64,000 bases of DNA from Lepidodermella squamata. Its lineage: Eukaryota > Animalia > Gastrotricha. The notes under the pieces were generated by a model. That model ran no database searches, was not told where the DNA came from, and saw only the letters and a list, made by a program, of their open reading frames with translations. Both the position numbers and the translations under genes were made by a program. Position 1 is the first letter of the stretch. The number at the start of each line of letters is the position of its first letter. The stretch covers positions 2,232,001 to 2,296,000 of the forward strand of contig JBLDXI010000009.1 in assembly GCA_047495785.1 (NCBI GenBank). Reading direction: 5' to 3'. Positions 51,063 through 63,844 of this stretch are shown here, in pieces.

Positions 51063-51237
51063 CAAGATTATCGATCTTAGACATCATTGAGGCAATGAAG
51101 ATCAATGAGAAATAAAATGCTTGACTAAGGAAAGTCGCTTATAAATTATTTATTGGATAAAGAGTCAACGGTTTATTGGTGAACGATTCAGGCTGCAATA
51201 CCTGACTGAATTGGAACCCGTTTTTTAATTCGAACTC

Positions 51238-54200
51238 ATGTTGAATAACGGAAATTCAGTGAAATTAGCGGTTATATTCCAGCTCATCACAGTGCTGCAG
51301 TTGGGGAAATATGCCCTTGCACAAGGTGGGCTCATTTTATAGTTTGCTGATGATGTATACTAGGTCATTTTAACAGATTCAACCGCAGCTGTTACTACAG
51401 CGGCGACAACTCAGCCAACCGCTGAACCAACCACCTTAAAAGTCACTCAACAAACTCAGCAAACTCAGCAGCCCAATGCCGACACTACATCTGGCGATGC
51501 TACAACTGCTGTTGCTACGAAAGCAACTACGACAATATCTATTTACGCGGTAGATAAAAAGCAGTGGCTCAAGTGCGGTAAGCCCGCTTATTTTCATAAT
51601 ATACAATTATTCAAAGGTGGGCAATCGAAACAGGAAATGACTATTGCGACACACCGGGGGTATCATATGTAACTGCCACCGAAAGCTGGTGCTTTGACCC
51701 CGATGTTGTTGAGCTTTATTTTTGCGATAATTCAACTGACGTTAGCAGTTGGTCCCCGTACCCTGCGACGTCAAGTCTTAAAGAATTCCCAACTAATGGC
51801 AATTTCACATTCACGGTTGGCTCAGCAAATTACTGGTTGTACGGGATTCGGCTAAAAAAATGGAATGGAACCGACTGGTTGAATACAACAAATGATTATG
51901 TAATCCGAGCTTTTCTGCCTCGATTACGACCAGGAGAAGGTTAATGGGTCTAACTTTGTGTACCGCTTTTATATCTTTACATTCTTAGGAAGTGGATTTT
52001 TCTACTCAAAATTTATGTCAAGCACCACAGCCTCGGCAGCCCCAACAATGTCAGCCTACTATTACAACGGCACGTATTATACGGTGTCTATAAAAGGGGA
52101 TACCGGCAGTGTGACTCCTGTTGCGAAAACCGTCTCACAAGTAGGGAATCTGACATGAGGCGCCTTCAATTATCATGGTTTTAATTTATTTTTTATTAGT
52201 ATGATCTTTATAACATGGAACCGTTCATTACTAACACCGAAGAGGGGTGCATGCTCTCGGTTTGTTGTTGGTACAAAGACTTCTACGTTGCCTCAACAGG
52301 GGCGAAGAAGTTCACAGAGATAAAGTTCAATGGCTCATGGTATGCATGGTACAATGGGGCTTATCAGGTTTGAAAGAATTTTTTAAAGCGAATCGACCAT
52401 ATCTTTATTGATTAATTCAGCCCCATCAAAGCGATACTGTATTATCAAACAAGTAAGACTTTAAGGCGATCTACGTGAAACTCCGTATTATGAGTGATTT
52501 CCTATTAGCACTATGGCTTGCCTGAGATACTTTTCCGATCATAGCTGGAAGTCAATGGATGGAACAAAGAACAAATTCACTAATGGATATGCTTATCAAC
52601 TAGATACGAGTGGCAAAACGTCTTCCGTTCTTGACACTTCAACCGAATCCTTCTGGAACTCTCTTGGTTTTGATCCTTTGGCAACTGGCGGATTTTACAG
52701 ATTCAACGGTTTGAAGCCATAATATATCGTGATTAATCCTGTTTCCAATTGCGTGCTTATAGGATCTACTATCATTTATACCAATCTAACCGGTAATTAT
52801 GAAGTCACGATCACATCCGGGAAAATCCAATACAAGCGCCAACCTCCGCTTTGCTCATCCGGGCGATGGCGGGAGCCCTACAGAACCCAGTGTTACCAGG
52901 AGCCTGATAATTACCGAGTGACCACCTGGATAAGTATGAGAATGCTTCAACGCACTCAATAGATCTAATCAATGTATTCCTTTTCTATTGTATAGCGTGT
53001 GATCCATCTGAGTCACCTAGCATCTGCGGGACTGGCTATAAGTGTGTGCAATTTCCTAATTCAATAGGAAATATGGGATGTTCGAAAGGATTCTGCTTGC
53101 CTGGTGAGTTTTCAACAGGGTCTTTAGATTGTACCTTGGTTATTTGGCCTTTACCTTTACCAGACTATTCTGTTGCCTGCGGGGATGCTGTCGCAACTAC
53201 CACGGCGCAGGCTGCAACGACGACGATGGCTGCAACTACCACGGCAGCAAATGTAACTGATGCGCCAACTACGACTGCTGCTAAAGCTGTTTATCGTGGA
53301 TTAAAGAGTAAGCAGTTAATGCACGAGTCAGTTCAATCCAATAACATGAATTCCTGAACTAGAATACGGAGACAGCTGCTCGAATAGCTCGGAATGCTTT
53401 ACAGGTACTCAGTGCTCAGCAAATAAATTCTGAAAGCATTATATCCGAATTTCACCGTTCGCATCAAGGATATTGTGATTCAACCTGTGCTTGCTCAAAC
53501 TGCACCAAAGTTTTGGCTGGTTTCGACTACAATTTTCGAACCAATTCCTTTCTATATTACGAACGGTGCATCCGTATGTTAATACATTTATTTTATACCA
53601 ATATTCGTTTACAATGAAATCTTCCAGCGAAAAACAGCACAATAAGTGGATTAAATGAGCCATGTAGTATGTGGTCGAAGGTTGGTGACAAGTTTTGCGG
53701 AACCGGACTATTTTGCAGTAAAATTTTCTATAATTGAATCTTTGATTTGTATACATTCGCAACGCTGTTTTCTTATAGCGAAATGTCCCGAAGTTTGGAA
53801 CAGCAAATTTGCTGATGCTGCTTGCGTCCGTAAGATTGCTCAAAAACTGCTTTATTGATTATCGGTTCTATGATCTTCCTTTTTCAACGGTGCAGCTCTT
53901 CAACTACCAGTGACTGCCTGCTCTGGTTATACTTGTGGTTACAAAGCTAACTGCTCGGTAGTTGGAGGAGTACCAAGCTGCATTTGCGCACCTGGATACA
54001 ACCTGGAGCCTAACATGGTAGAAATTCATCTGTTCAATCTTTTTCCGAATACCCTATTTGAACATTTTCAGCGCGACTGTTATGGCTGGTCAGATGAAAG
54101 CTATGAGAAGTGCAGTGTTACCTGCGGAGTTGGAATGACCATTATGACAAGAACGTGTGACAAAGCGAAAGAATCCACTGCTTCCTGCGATGGAAATTCA

Positions 54201-55356
54201 TCAATGATATTGCCATGCGTCGGAGGACTTCAATGTCCCTGTATGTCGCAGTCGTAGTTTGATTTCTTTATTTTCATTATCCTGCCTCTTTGTGCCACAG
54301 TACCTTCAGCATACGTTTCAAAAGCTGTTCGAGTGGAAATCAAGTCCAAGGTCATTGACGTTCCTACTTTTGACAACGCGCTAGCCCAACCTTTGACAGC
54401 GACATTGCAACAGAGTTTGAATAGTAAATGCCAAACAGATAAGGATACATTGTTAGTTGCGATTTCTTTCATTCCAATTTAATTTCGCGGGCTACCTATA
54501 TTTTAGTGAAAATAAGTGTTGCACCGGTAAGACTTGGTACTCTGGAATCTTGAATTCGGACTGCATCAGTCAAACCAACGGCATCGTCTTTACTAACAAA
54601 TACAGTGACGAAGAGACGTTCAGCATGTATGTAATGGCACAGGGAAACCCAACAGGATCTTGCTGCAAATCAGCATCAGATAAAACAAGAAAGAAGCGAG
54701 CTACATCTGATTTATCTGCTGCGTTTGATGCAAATTCTCTTTCTACAATCCTCAACAGCGATTCCGTGTAAATACTTCTGGTATTTAGTTATTTATTGTT
54801 AATTAAATGCGATCTTATGTTAGGATGAATCGAATTATTGAGACTGTCAGAAATGTGGATCCTTCAGCTGTTATATCACAAGCTGCGCCAGCTACGACTA
54901 CTACAACTACCACTGTTGAGTATAAGACAGCGAGCACTGTCCAGGTAATATTTCAACGTATGATCGTCTTTATTTCACGAAAAAATGTAACAATAGGTTG
55001 ATACGGCATTTGCTTGGGAACCATGGGTAATCGGCGCTATCGCAGGAGGTGGAGCTGCATTCCTATTGATCGTTGCGGCAATTGTCATTGCTTTGGTATG
55101 CAACGCTAAGAAGAAAAAGCTTGCGGCCAAAGTGTTACCTCAACCCGCCGGCGTGCGGCCTCCAGTGGAAGTTCGAAGTGGCCATGAGCTCAACCATCAG
55201 CAATATGGCGGATATTACGGAAAGCCTACTGGCAGCGAAGGTTTAAATTTTGAATCCGCCGATTTGGCTGGGGAAAAATATCCACCATACTTCGGTCAAT
55301 ATCCCGGCGGACCGGCTAACTCAAATCTTGCACCCACTCAGGCTTATGGCTATTGA
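51238..55356 (+). CDS. Type I surface receptor paralog G6
   Basis: Signal exon from 51238; RLRPGEG; YYYNGTYY; DPLATGG; EGF; TSP1; TRKKR; WEPWVIGAIAGGG TM; YPPYFGQYP tail. Confidence 0.85.
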
Positions 55357-55783
55357 AACTTGCGAAAATTAAATAATTCTGTTTCATTTCCCGATTACAC
55401 GCGTTACGTTCGGACGTTTTGATGAATGAATAAACTGATACCAATACAGGAACAAGCCTCCTTTCGAGAAAGGTAACGCCATTGCATTCTTTCATCGCTA
55501 TTGACGCAATCGAAAAGGCGCGGTAAACTAATCGCTAAGTTGCTTGGCAAAGCTTTAAAAAACAAGCTAAAGGCGTCCTTTTTAAATAATTTATCGGCTA
55601 CCCCGGTTGTGTTTGAGTAATCACAATGGTTCGTAAAGGTTCTTTACTGTTGCAAATATCGACTTGCAAAAAACAGAGACTCTTCGTAATGCAAAGGGGA
55701 TGCATAATGTTTTGATAGCCATATAAGCAGCGAACAGTGTTGAACCAATTTTTGTTACCATTCTTTAGAGAATATTCAAATTC

Positions 55784-58700
55784 ATGACAAGGCACCGGAT
55801 TTGGGGGCTGTTGATACCAGTGTTATGTTTTGTCTTGAGAGCTGCTGGGCAAGATGCGACGAGTGAGTTTATCCACGGAGCAAATTCCTGAAATTAAATT
55901 AATCCAATTAGCTACGGCAGCGGCTACGACGACAACTCCTCCTACAACAACAGCATCTTTGTACGCTAAGGATGGCCAATTACTATGCGGTAATCTTATA
56001 AGGGCGCTTACGAATAATACCATTCTTCATTTGAATATTCCTAAAGTTAACGACTATTGCGGCGTAAATCAAGTGTCCTACATTTATCCAGTCGGGCCTA
56101 CTGCCCCAGAGGGATGGTGCTTTGACCCTACAACTTTGGTCTTGCAATATTGTGACAACTCAACAGATGGTGGCTGGTTGCCCTATCCTGGCACGGAAGC
56201 TTTGGACGACATTCCCTGTCACGGGAACTTCAATTTCACCATTATGGGAACCAAATACTGGCTAAAAGGCAAGAATCTCCTTCAACTTTCCGGATCAGAC
56301 TGGGTCAGCTCGACAAGCGAAAATGTTACCACGGCTTACATGGGACGCCTTCGGCCCAACGAAGGTAAGATTTTCCCAAGATGCAGCCCACGTCTTTAAT
56401 TCGCTATGCTATGCAGGTTCTGGATCATTTTTCTGCAAATATTCTGGAAGTATTTTCATGAATGATGAACCACAGTATGCAGCCTACTTTTACAATGGCA
56501 CCTACTACGATTTGTCCGTGAATGACAACGGTGTTGTAATCAAAACGGCCCAAAACATCACGCAGTACATGCTCTACAACATTCAGCCTTATATTTCAAA
56601 ATCTGAAGACGGCTGCAAGAGTCCAGTCTGTTGCTGGTTCAAAGATTACTTTAGATCACCGCTGGACAAAAAATCATATTGGACTGAAGTAATGTATAAC
56701 GGGACGCATTGGCTCGGACTGATCAATTCAGCTTATCAGCTGCACGAAAGCGACTCAAATTTAAACTTGTAAGTTCGGAAAATGTTAAGGGCTTATTATG
56801 AAATAATACGTGTACCCCAGCTCTTACCCATGCGTTAAGCAATTTTCCGATCAAACCTTCAAAACTCCGAGTGGGAGTCGATACAAATTCAATAACGGTG
56901 AGCCATATCTGCTGGATTCAAATGGCCAGTTGACGTCGACAATGCTCGATGATCTCAGCCAGCTTGATTATGATCCCATTGCAACGGGAGGCTACTATCG
57001 GCATAATGGAACAGCTATGATCTATACCAACGCAAGTGGGCGCTACGATGTGACCATCAGCGGGGGCAAATTTGTCTATCAGCGTCAATTGCCGAAGTGC
57101 GAGTCTGGTAGATGGCGTCAAAATATGCCAGCTCAATGCGACACTACATCAGATTTGTACCGCGTCACGAGCAAAATAGGTTAGGAGTGTAGCTTCATTA
57201 ATCGTGCTTTTCTCTCATTGCAAAACTTTTCAGTGTGTGACCCGGCGGCTAATGACTGTGGCAATGGCTACCTCTGCAAAACGTTCCCCTCTTCAATCGG
57301 CGACGGAATGCAGTGTAAAAAAGGCTTCTGTGTGCCAGGTGCGTTGATGAAATGTGAAAGCAGAAAACAGAATACATGAATGACTTGTTTTTTCAGACCC
57401 CTCGAAAGTTTGCCCTGTATCAGCTGCAACTACGACAGCGGCCCCAACAACCACCGCTGGTAACTCATCTAGCTCGGCAGTTGTCTCTAATGGCCTTAAA
57501 AGTGAGAATTCTTCGTATAAATGCTGATTTTATTATAATATTATGTGCTGGTAGAATATGGGCAAACCTGCAAAGCAGATTCGGACTGTTTCACAGGTAA
57601 GATTTAAATCAACAGCTTCTCACGTGTCACGTGTTCTCATGTCGCATCAAGGAATATGCACAAGTGGAACTTGCTCGTGTACTACGTGCACAAAGGTTCT
57701 AACTTCGTACGATTACAACTTCCTCACGGATCAGTTCATCTACGTTGAAAAATGCATTCGTAAGTTACCTGGCTCATTTTATGGGGCATTTCAAAGCTTC
57801 TTCTAATCTTAGCTAGCAAAAGTGCAGTTGGAGGACTAGGTGATGCTTGTAATATGTGGGCAGATGTCCCAGAGAAGGCGTGCGGGTCCGGTCTTTTGTG
57901 CGGTATGTAAAACTAAATTTACCTCTAGGATGTACAATTCATAATTATTGACTTTGCAGCTAAATGTCCAGAAGTTTGGAAGAGTAATTTTGCCGATCCA
58001 ACATGTGTCGGTAGGAAAGGGCTCTCAAAATACTCTCAGAATGTTAAGACGATATTCTGTTTAATTTAGCTTTAAAATTGCCGCAAACCGATTGCCCTTC
58101 AAATGCCAATACGTGTGGCTACAAGGCAACATGTACAATGATTGGAGGCGTGGCAACATGCATTTGCCCCTCAGGCTATAACCTGGAGTCAAACTTGGTA
58201 ATTGATCTTTAACTTAACTTTTAATAAACTGTGAATCATGATTCTTGATCAAGGTGGACTGCTACGGCTGGGTTGCTGGCTCTTCGGGGTCTTGCAGTGT
58301 TACTTGCGGAACTGGCGTTACAACAACGCTAAGAACATGCGATAGAGCACCTAATTCGACTGCGCAATGCTCCGGAAGCACAAATGTGACATCGCCCTGT
58401 AGTACAGGCCAACAGTGTGCATGTAAGCGTTTGAAAATTAGAGATAAGATCCATAATCACATACGTGTTCTATTAGTGGGCGATGCTTACGTTACGAAGG
58501 CTGTCTACTTCCAGATAAACTCAGTAATCATCAACGTTCCAGTGTTTGACAGATCCTTAGCGAGCAACTTGATGAGTAACCTTCAAAAAGGCCTTAACGC
58601 AAAATGTGTTAATGAAAATACAACCTTGTAAGCTCTTTGAACCTCGATGTAACTAATTTTTTAAGCCTGCATTCTCAAACAGCGAAAGCCAATGTTGCCC

Positions 58701-59556
58701 AGGGAAAAAATGGATCCGCGGTATTACGAACACTGATTGTATCAGTCCTACGAACGGAGTCGAGTTTCTTAGCAAATTCAGCGACGGAAAGGTTTTCAGC
58801 ATGTACATCCTTGCGCGGGGTAATCCGACAGGAGTCTGTTGCAAGAACTCTCCGGACAAGACAACGAGCCGCCGCAAGCGTCAGGCTGATCTTACCACTG
58901 CTTTTGATGCTGGCCCTTTATCTGAGCTTCTGAACAGCGAGGCGATGCAAGTTTGCTTCATCTTGAAAATTTTGCAATGAACCGACTTTAATATAGAATG
59001 AACAAATTTCTCGATTCTGTATTGACAATTGATCCCGATGCCACAGTTCCAAAGGTATGCGTAGCTTCCTCTAACCGATGTTTCATTTTATTCGTTTCTT
59101 CAGACGTCCCCGGCAACAACGACGACCACTACAACTGTCGCCACAAAAACGGAGGCAGTGACTGGATTCGTATGGGAGCCCTGGATAATAGGGGCGATCG
59201 CCGGTGGTGGTGGAGGCCTTATTCTTATTATCGTGATTGTCGTTGTGATAGTCCTATGCATGAATAAGAATAACAAAAAGGGAAAGAAGCGGAACAAGGT
59301 CGGTCCAGACATGGGTGGCGCTCGCGTCATGCCGATGGACATGCATATGGTCAACCCACAGATGAACGATTTTGGCTACCCGCAAAATGGCTATTACGGG
59401 CAGCCAAATGAAGTTTTCACTCCGACCGGGAGCCAGGCAAGGCTGCGGACCGCAAATGGATCGGTTTCAGCCAATTTACAGCCATATCTTGGCCAGCAGT
59501 ACCCAGGCGCTTCTCAGAGGTCGAGCTTAGTTGCAACTGCAGCGCATGGTTATTAA
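55784..59556 (+). CDS. Type I surface receptor paralog G7 (closest to G6)
   Basis: MTRHRIWGLLIPVLCFVLRAAG signal; RLRPNEG; YFYNGTYYD; DPIATGG; EGF; TSP1; SRRKR; WEPWIIGAIAGGGG TM; PYLGQQYP tail; GC-AG intron 58947-58996. Confidence 0.85.
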
Positions 59557-60263
59557 AGTCCAAGTGCAGTTATATTTCTATTTTCTGTTATCGACAGACG
59601 AAATTTAGATTGGATAATAAATGAGTGTTTGAAGAGATATTCTTATATGTTTTGCGCATGTTGTGCAATCAGTTAGAAATGACGCCCCACGAAAAGCCGG
59701 GAGAAAAATGAGACCGATGTTGTAGACATAGGTCAATTCTTCACAGGTTCAATTTTTAACTCCAAGGCATTCCTTTCTGCGCGTTCGAGTTATCTGATTC
59801 TAAACTGATCTTTCGGTTCATCAGCTGCAACTGGCAAAAATAGTCCCTTCGTCAATATGAAGATACTGATAGTTCGGTGAGGTTAGTCACTCACAATTCG
59901 AATGTTTTGTATTTTTGCAGACATTCTTGCGTTTGAGACACAGGGCTAATCGAAGCGCTTTCGAGGCTCTATGCAACATAGCTAAGATTATGTTGCTGCC
60001 GGTGCGAGATATCGATCTGAAAAAACTTCGCATAGCCACCAGAGCCTGAGCTACATCGCTGCCTAGCAGTTTCACCTGTGTATGCACACAGAGAAGCAAC
60101 GGCAAGCAGCGAATAAATAATTCAGATCTGTTCAAAGCGCTGCCGGCGGAGCAGGCGACCAATAGTTCGATCGGGTGCAGTCAAAGGTGAGAAGGGAACG
60201 AGGAAACAATGGAACGCCCGCTGCAATCTTGTTCGTCTTGAAAGTCCTATTTCTGGATAAGTC

Positions 60264-63200
60264 ATGCTGCGAAACCTAATAATTGCAGTCTTTCTCATCT
60301 CTGGATCACTGGTCTTTCCGAACAAAGGTAAGAGTTGAAAATATTGCCACAGATCTCCCAAATTATCATTGGTCCTACCAGGGCAAGACGCAACATGTGA
60401 TTACAATTTATGCACCGGTTCGCTATTTTACACCATCACCAGCTCTGGTGATTATTTGCTGAGCTGCTTGTCACCCAGCTATCAATATCAGATTTGTGAC
60501 AGTGTTACCTTAACTTTCAAGCCGTTTAACAACGACACAGCCATAAAAAGCCTCCCCTGCGCAGGGAATTTCAACTTCACGATTCTAGGACAAAAGTATT
60601 GGCTGAAAGGCGGTGACTATCTCAAGTACAACGGTTCACAATGGAGCAACATTTCAATGGACGCAACGTTCTACAACTATATGACTCGACTGAGGCCAAA
60701 CGAAGGTTTTCGTCTTAATCCCATTAAGTTCGATTCCATTTCAATTTATTTTTTCAGGAGTCGGTTATTTCTATTGTACGGCGTACGTCAGCGAAACCTC
60801 CCTTGATACTTCTATCGCGGAAATAACGTCGAAGCAAGTTGCCTTTTACTACAATGGATCGTACTATGATGTAAGGACGAGTTCGACTGGCTATCTATAC
60901 CCTGTCGCGCAGAAAGTCTCCCAATACGATCTATACGTATTCCCTTTCATGTCAAGATCCATTGCTCCTGCCTGTTCCGATATGTTTTGCTGCTGGTTCC
61001 AAGACAATGCCGTCACGAAAAACAATGGGACTGTGACCTACGCAGACTCATCCACAGATTTCGTTTTCAATGGAACAAAATGGCTTTACTGGGTAAACGG
61101 CAAATATGAGTTATACACTGGAGAAGTGAACTGGGGGTAGGTTACCCAGTAAGAGAATTTAGCCTGCATTCTGACTTATTTTCCCGTAGAATTGCTCAAT
61201 GCTCGGTGTACATTTCAAATTTCGCATTCAAAGATGTCAATGGAACGAGGTACAAAATCATAAATGGAACACTCTATCAATTGGATAGTCAATCTGGCGA
61301 GGTTGTAGGTTCTTCGGATGTATCCTATTGGGAATATGTTGATAAAGATGCCCTGGCTACTGGCGGCTTTTTCTACACAGAAACTGACTCGCCAGCGGGC
61401 TTCTGGAAGAATAGCTCCGGAACGTACACAGTGTCGATAAAACAGGGGGATTACTATACGAAACGGCCTCCACCAGCTTGTAAAATAAGTGATGCTGAGT
61501 ATTACCAGTACACAAATCCTTCTTGCGCGGCCCTTCCTGACGAGTATAAAATCACTGACGTCACAATATGCGATCCAACCGACAAATCGAATTCGATTTG
61601 TGGCGACTATTATTATTGCGCGCCGATTCCTTCGCAAGTGTTAGCAACGTGCTCCTTGGGCATCTGCAGGCCTGACTATGCGCAAATATGCCCAACTCCA
61701 GCCCCTGTGGATCCCACTGCAATAGCTGCTGATAGATTGAGAAGTATAAGCTAAACTTCGGGTTAAACAGGAAATCTAACCTATTTATCTTACAGTTTTC
61801 GGTGAATCGTGCAGTGAAGCCAGCAATTGCTATTCGGGAATTTGCAGCGGAGGGAAATGCACATGCTCATCATGCACCCAGGTCGTTCCCCAGATAGATT
61901 ACGATTCGATTGGTCGACATCTGTATTATCGCGAGCGATGCTTACGTAAATAACGATAATTTGTTTAATTTGTTTAATTTAACTTGTCAACAGCAAAAAA
62001 TGCCACCATTGGTGGGCTCGGTGATGTTTGCAACATGTGGAGCGATGCGCCGCAAACAACATGCGGGTCAGGGCTTACCTGCTGTAAGAACTTGAATTAT
62101 ATAATTGCCTCGCTAAGATTTTTTTCATCGATTAGTCAAATGTCCCGAATCATACAAGAGTTCAGTCGTCCAGGCTAAATGTGTTTGTAAGTGCTTTATG
62201 AATTAACAAAAGATGTTTCATTCACGAATAAATTTTCAGCCTACGATTTGCCATCGAATAACTGCCCAAGTGGGACTCGAACTTGTGGTTTCAACGCGGC
62301 TTGTAAAGTTATTGGGGGAGTTCCTGTTTGCATGTGCACAAAAGCTGGCCATATTCTCGACAGCAACTTGGTATTTTTACCTTGTCACACGGAGTTTCAT
62401 TACTCTATTATGCCTTATCGACAGATTGATTGCTACGGATGGACAGAAACTAAAGGCTCGTGCAATGCGACATGTGGAGCTGGTTTTTATGAAGTCACCC
62501 GAACTTGCGAAAAGGCGAGTGGATCAAAAGCTGTGTGTCCGGGGCCTTCATCCTTTACCGTCGCCTGTTCAACCGGTGTTGAATGCCCACGTAATCTAAC
62601 TTTTTATCGCATAACTGTGGGCTTTATTATTCATCAAAAACAGTGCCGAAGGAGCAGCTTTCTAAATCTGTTTTCCTGGAGGTCGTCACGAAAGTCATCA
62701 CAGTTGATCTATTTGATAAATATTTGGAATCACCAGTGAGACGCGTAATCGCATCTGGCTTGACGACGAACTGCGTCAAAAACTCAACCGCGTTTGAAAA
62801 TCAATGCTGCCCTGGAAAAGTGTGGGCTGCGGGTATCACAGATACTGACTGCATAGGCGTCTCCAATGTTCAGCTGATAAACAAGTTCTACGATGGTGGC
62901 AGACTCAAATTCTACATTAGCGCGCAAAACAGCGGAACCAGCAAATGCTGCTCGAACGCTGCGGCGAAAATGTCACGCCGAAAACGAGCGACGTCAGTCG
63001 ATATCGACCAGTCTACTCTCGCCTCTGTTGTTTCGAGTCAATCAGTGTAAGTATCGATCAAATTGTTTGAACTCAATTTCATGACATCATTTTCCCCAGC
63101 GTTAATGATATCACCGGTGAAGTACAAAAAGTGGACCCCGATGGCAAGGTTCCTGGAAGCTCTATCATTATAGCCTCCGCGGTCACAACTGCCTCTCCGT

Positions 63201-63844
63201 CCACTGCTGCAGCGGCTGGGGCTAACTCAGGGGCTAATTCGGGATCTGGGGCTTCGACTACTAATGCTGCGTCAGCCGTCACAGCTCAGGCTGTTGGTAG
63301 TAGTGGTTCCTCATCGGTAACCGTTTCCCCCATTTTTTGCATCTTGTATTTACACATCTTCAATTTCAGTCCTCAAGTGGCGGATTGGAAGGGTGGGTTA
63401 TTGGTGTTATTGGTGGAGTAATTGGTCTTGTCGTGGTTGGGGCTGTAGTCGGAGTGATCGTTTTCTGCATCATCAAGAAAAAGTAACCAGGCTTTAATAC
63501 AGCCTTTTTGGCCATTATTACATTTTTCTCTCAGGAATTCTGGTAAGGTGGCAAATGCATCAGATCCACCAACCCCTTATGACCATATCCAAGAAAGTAC
63601 TGAGAATCACAAAATAGCGTCAGCCCGACCTACTACAGTCGTGCGACCGGGAACAGTTGTCCAGCCTGAATCTGGTCTCAGGCCAAGCACCCGAGCTTTT
63701 CCTCGATCTGCTAGGCCGGATGATCATATTGCACCTGGCGGCGAACCACCAAATCCAAACGACCCGAATTATCCTGCCTACTTCGGCAGATATCCGTCTG
63801 CCAAGCCTGAAGCTTTGGCACCACAGTCAGTGCATGGACATTGA
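60264..63844 (+). CDS. Type I surface receptor paralog G8 (no N-terminal mucin)
   Basis: MLRNLIIAVFLISGSLVF signal; PCAGNF; RLRPNEG; CCWFQD; DALATGG; EGF; TSP1; SRRKR; EGWVIGVIGGVIG TM; YPAYFGRYP tail. Confidence 0.85.

Noticed and set aside
59600-60260. Exon-like stretches between G7 and G8
   Set aside because: Could not assemble a convincing spliced ORF; may be UTR exons.
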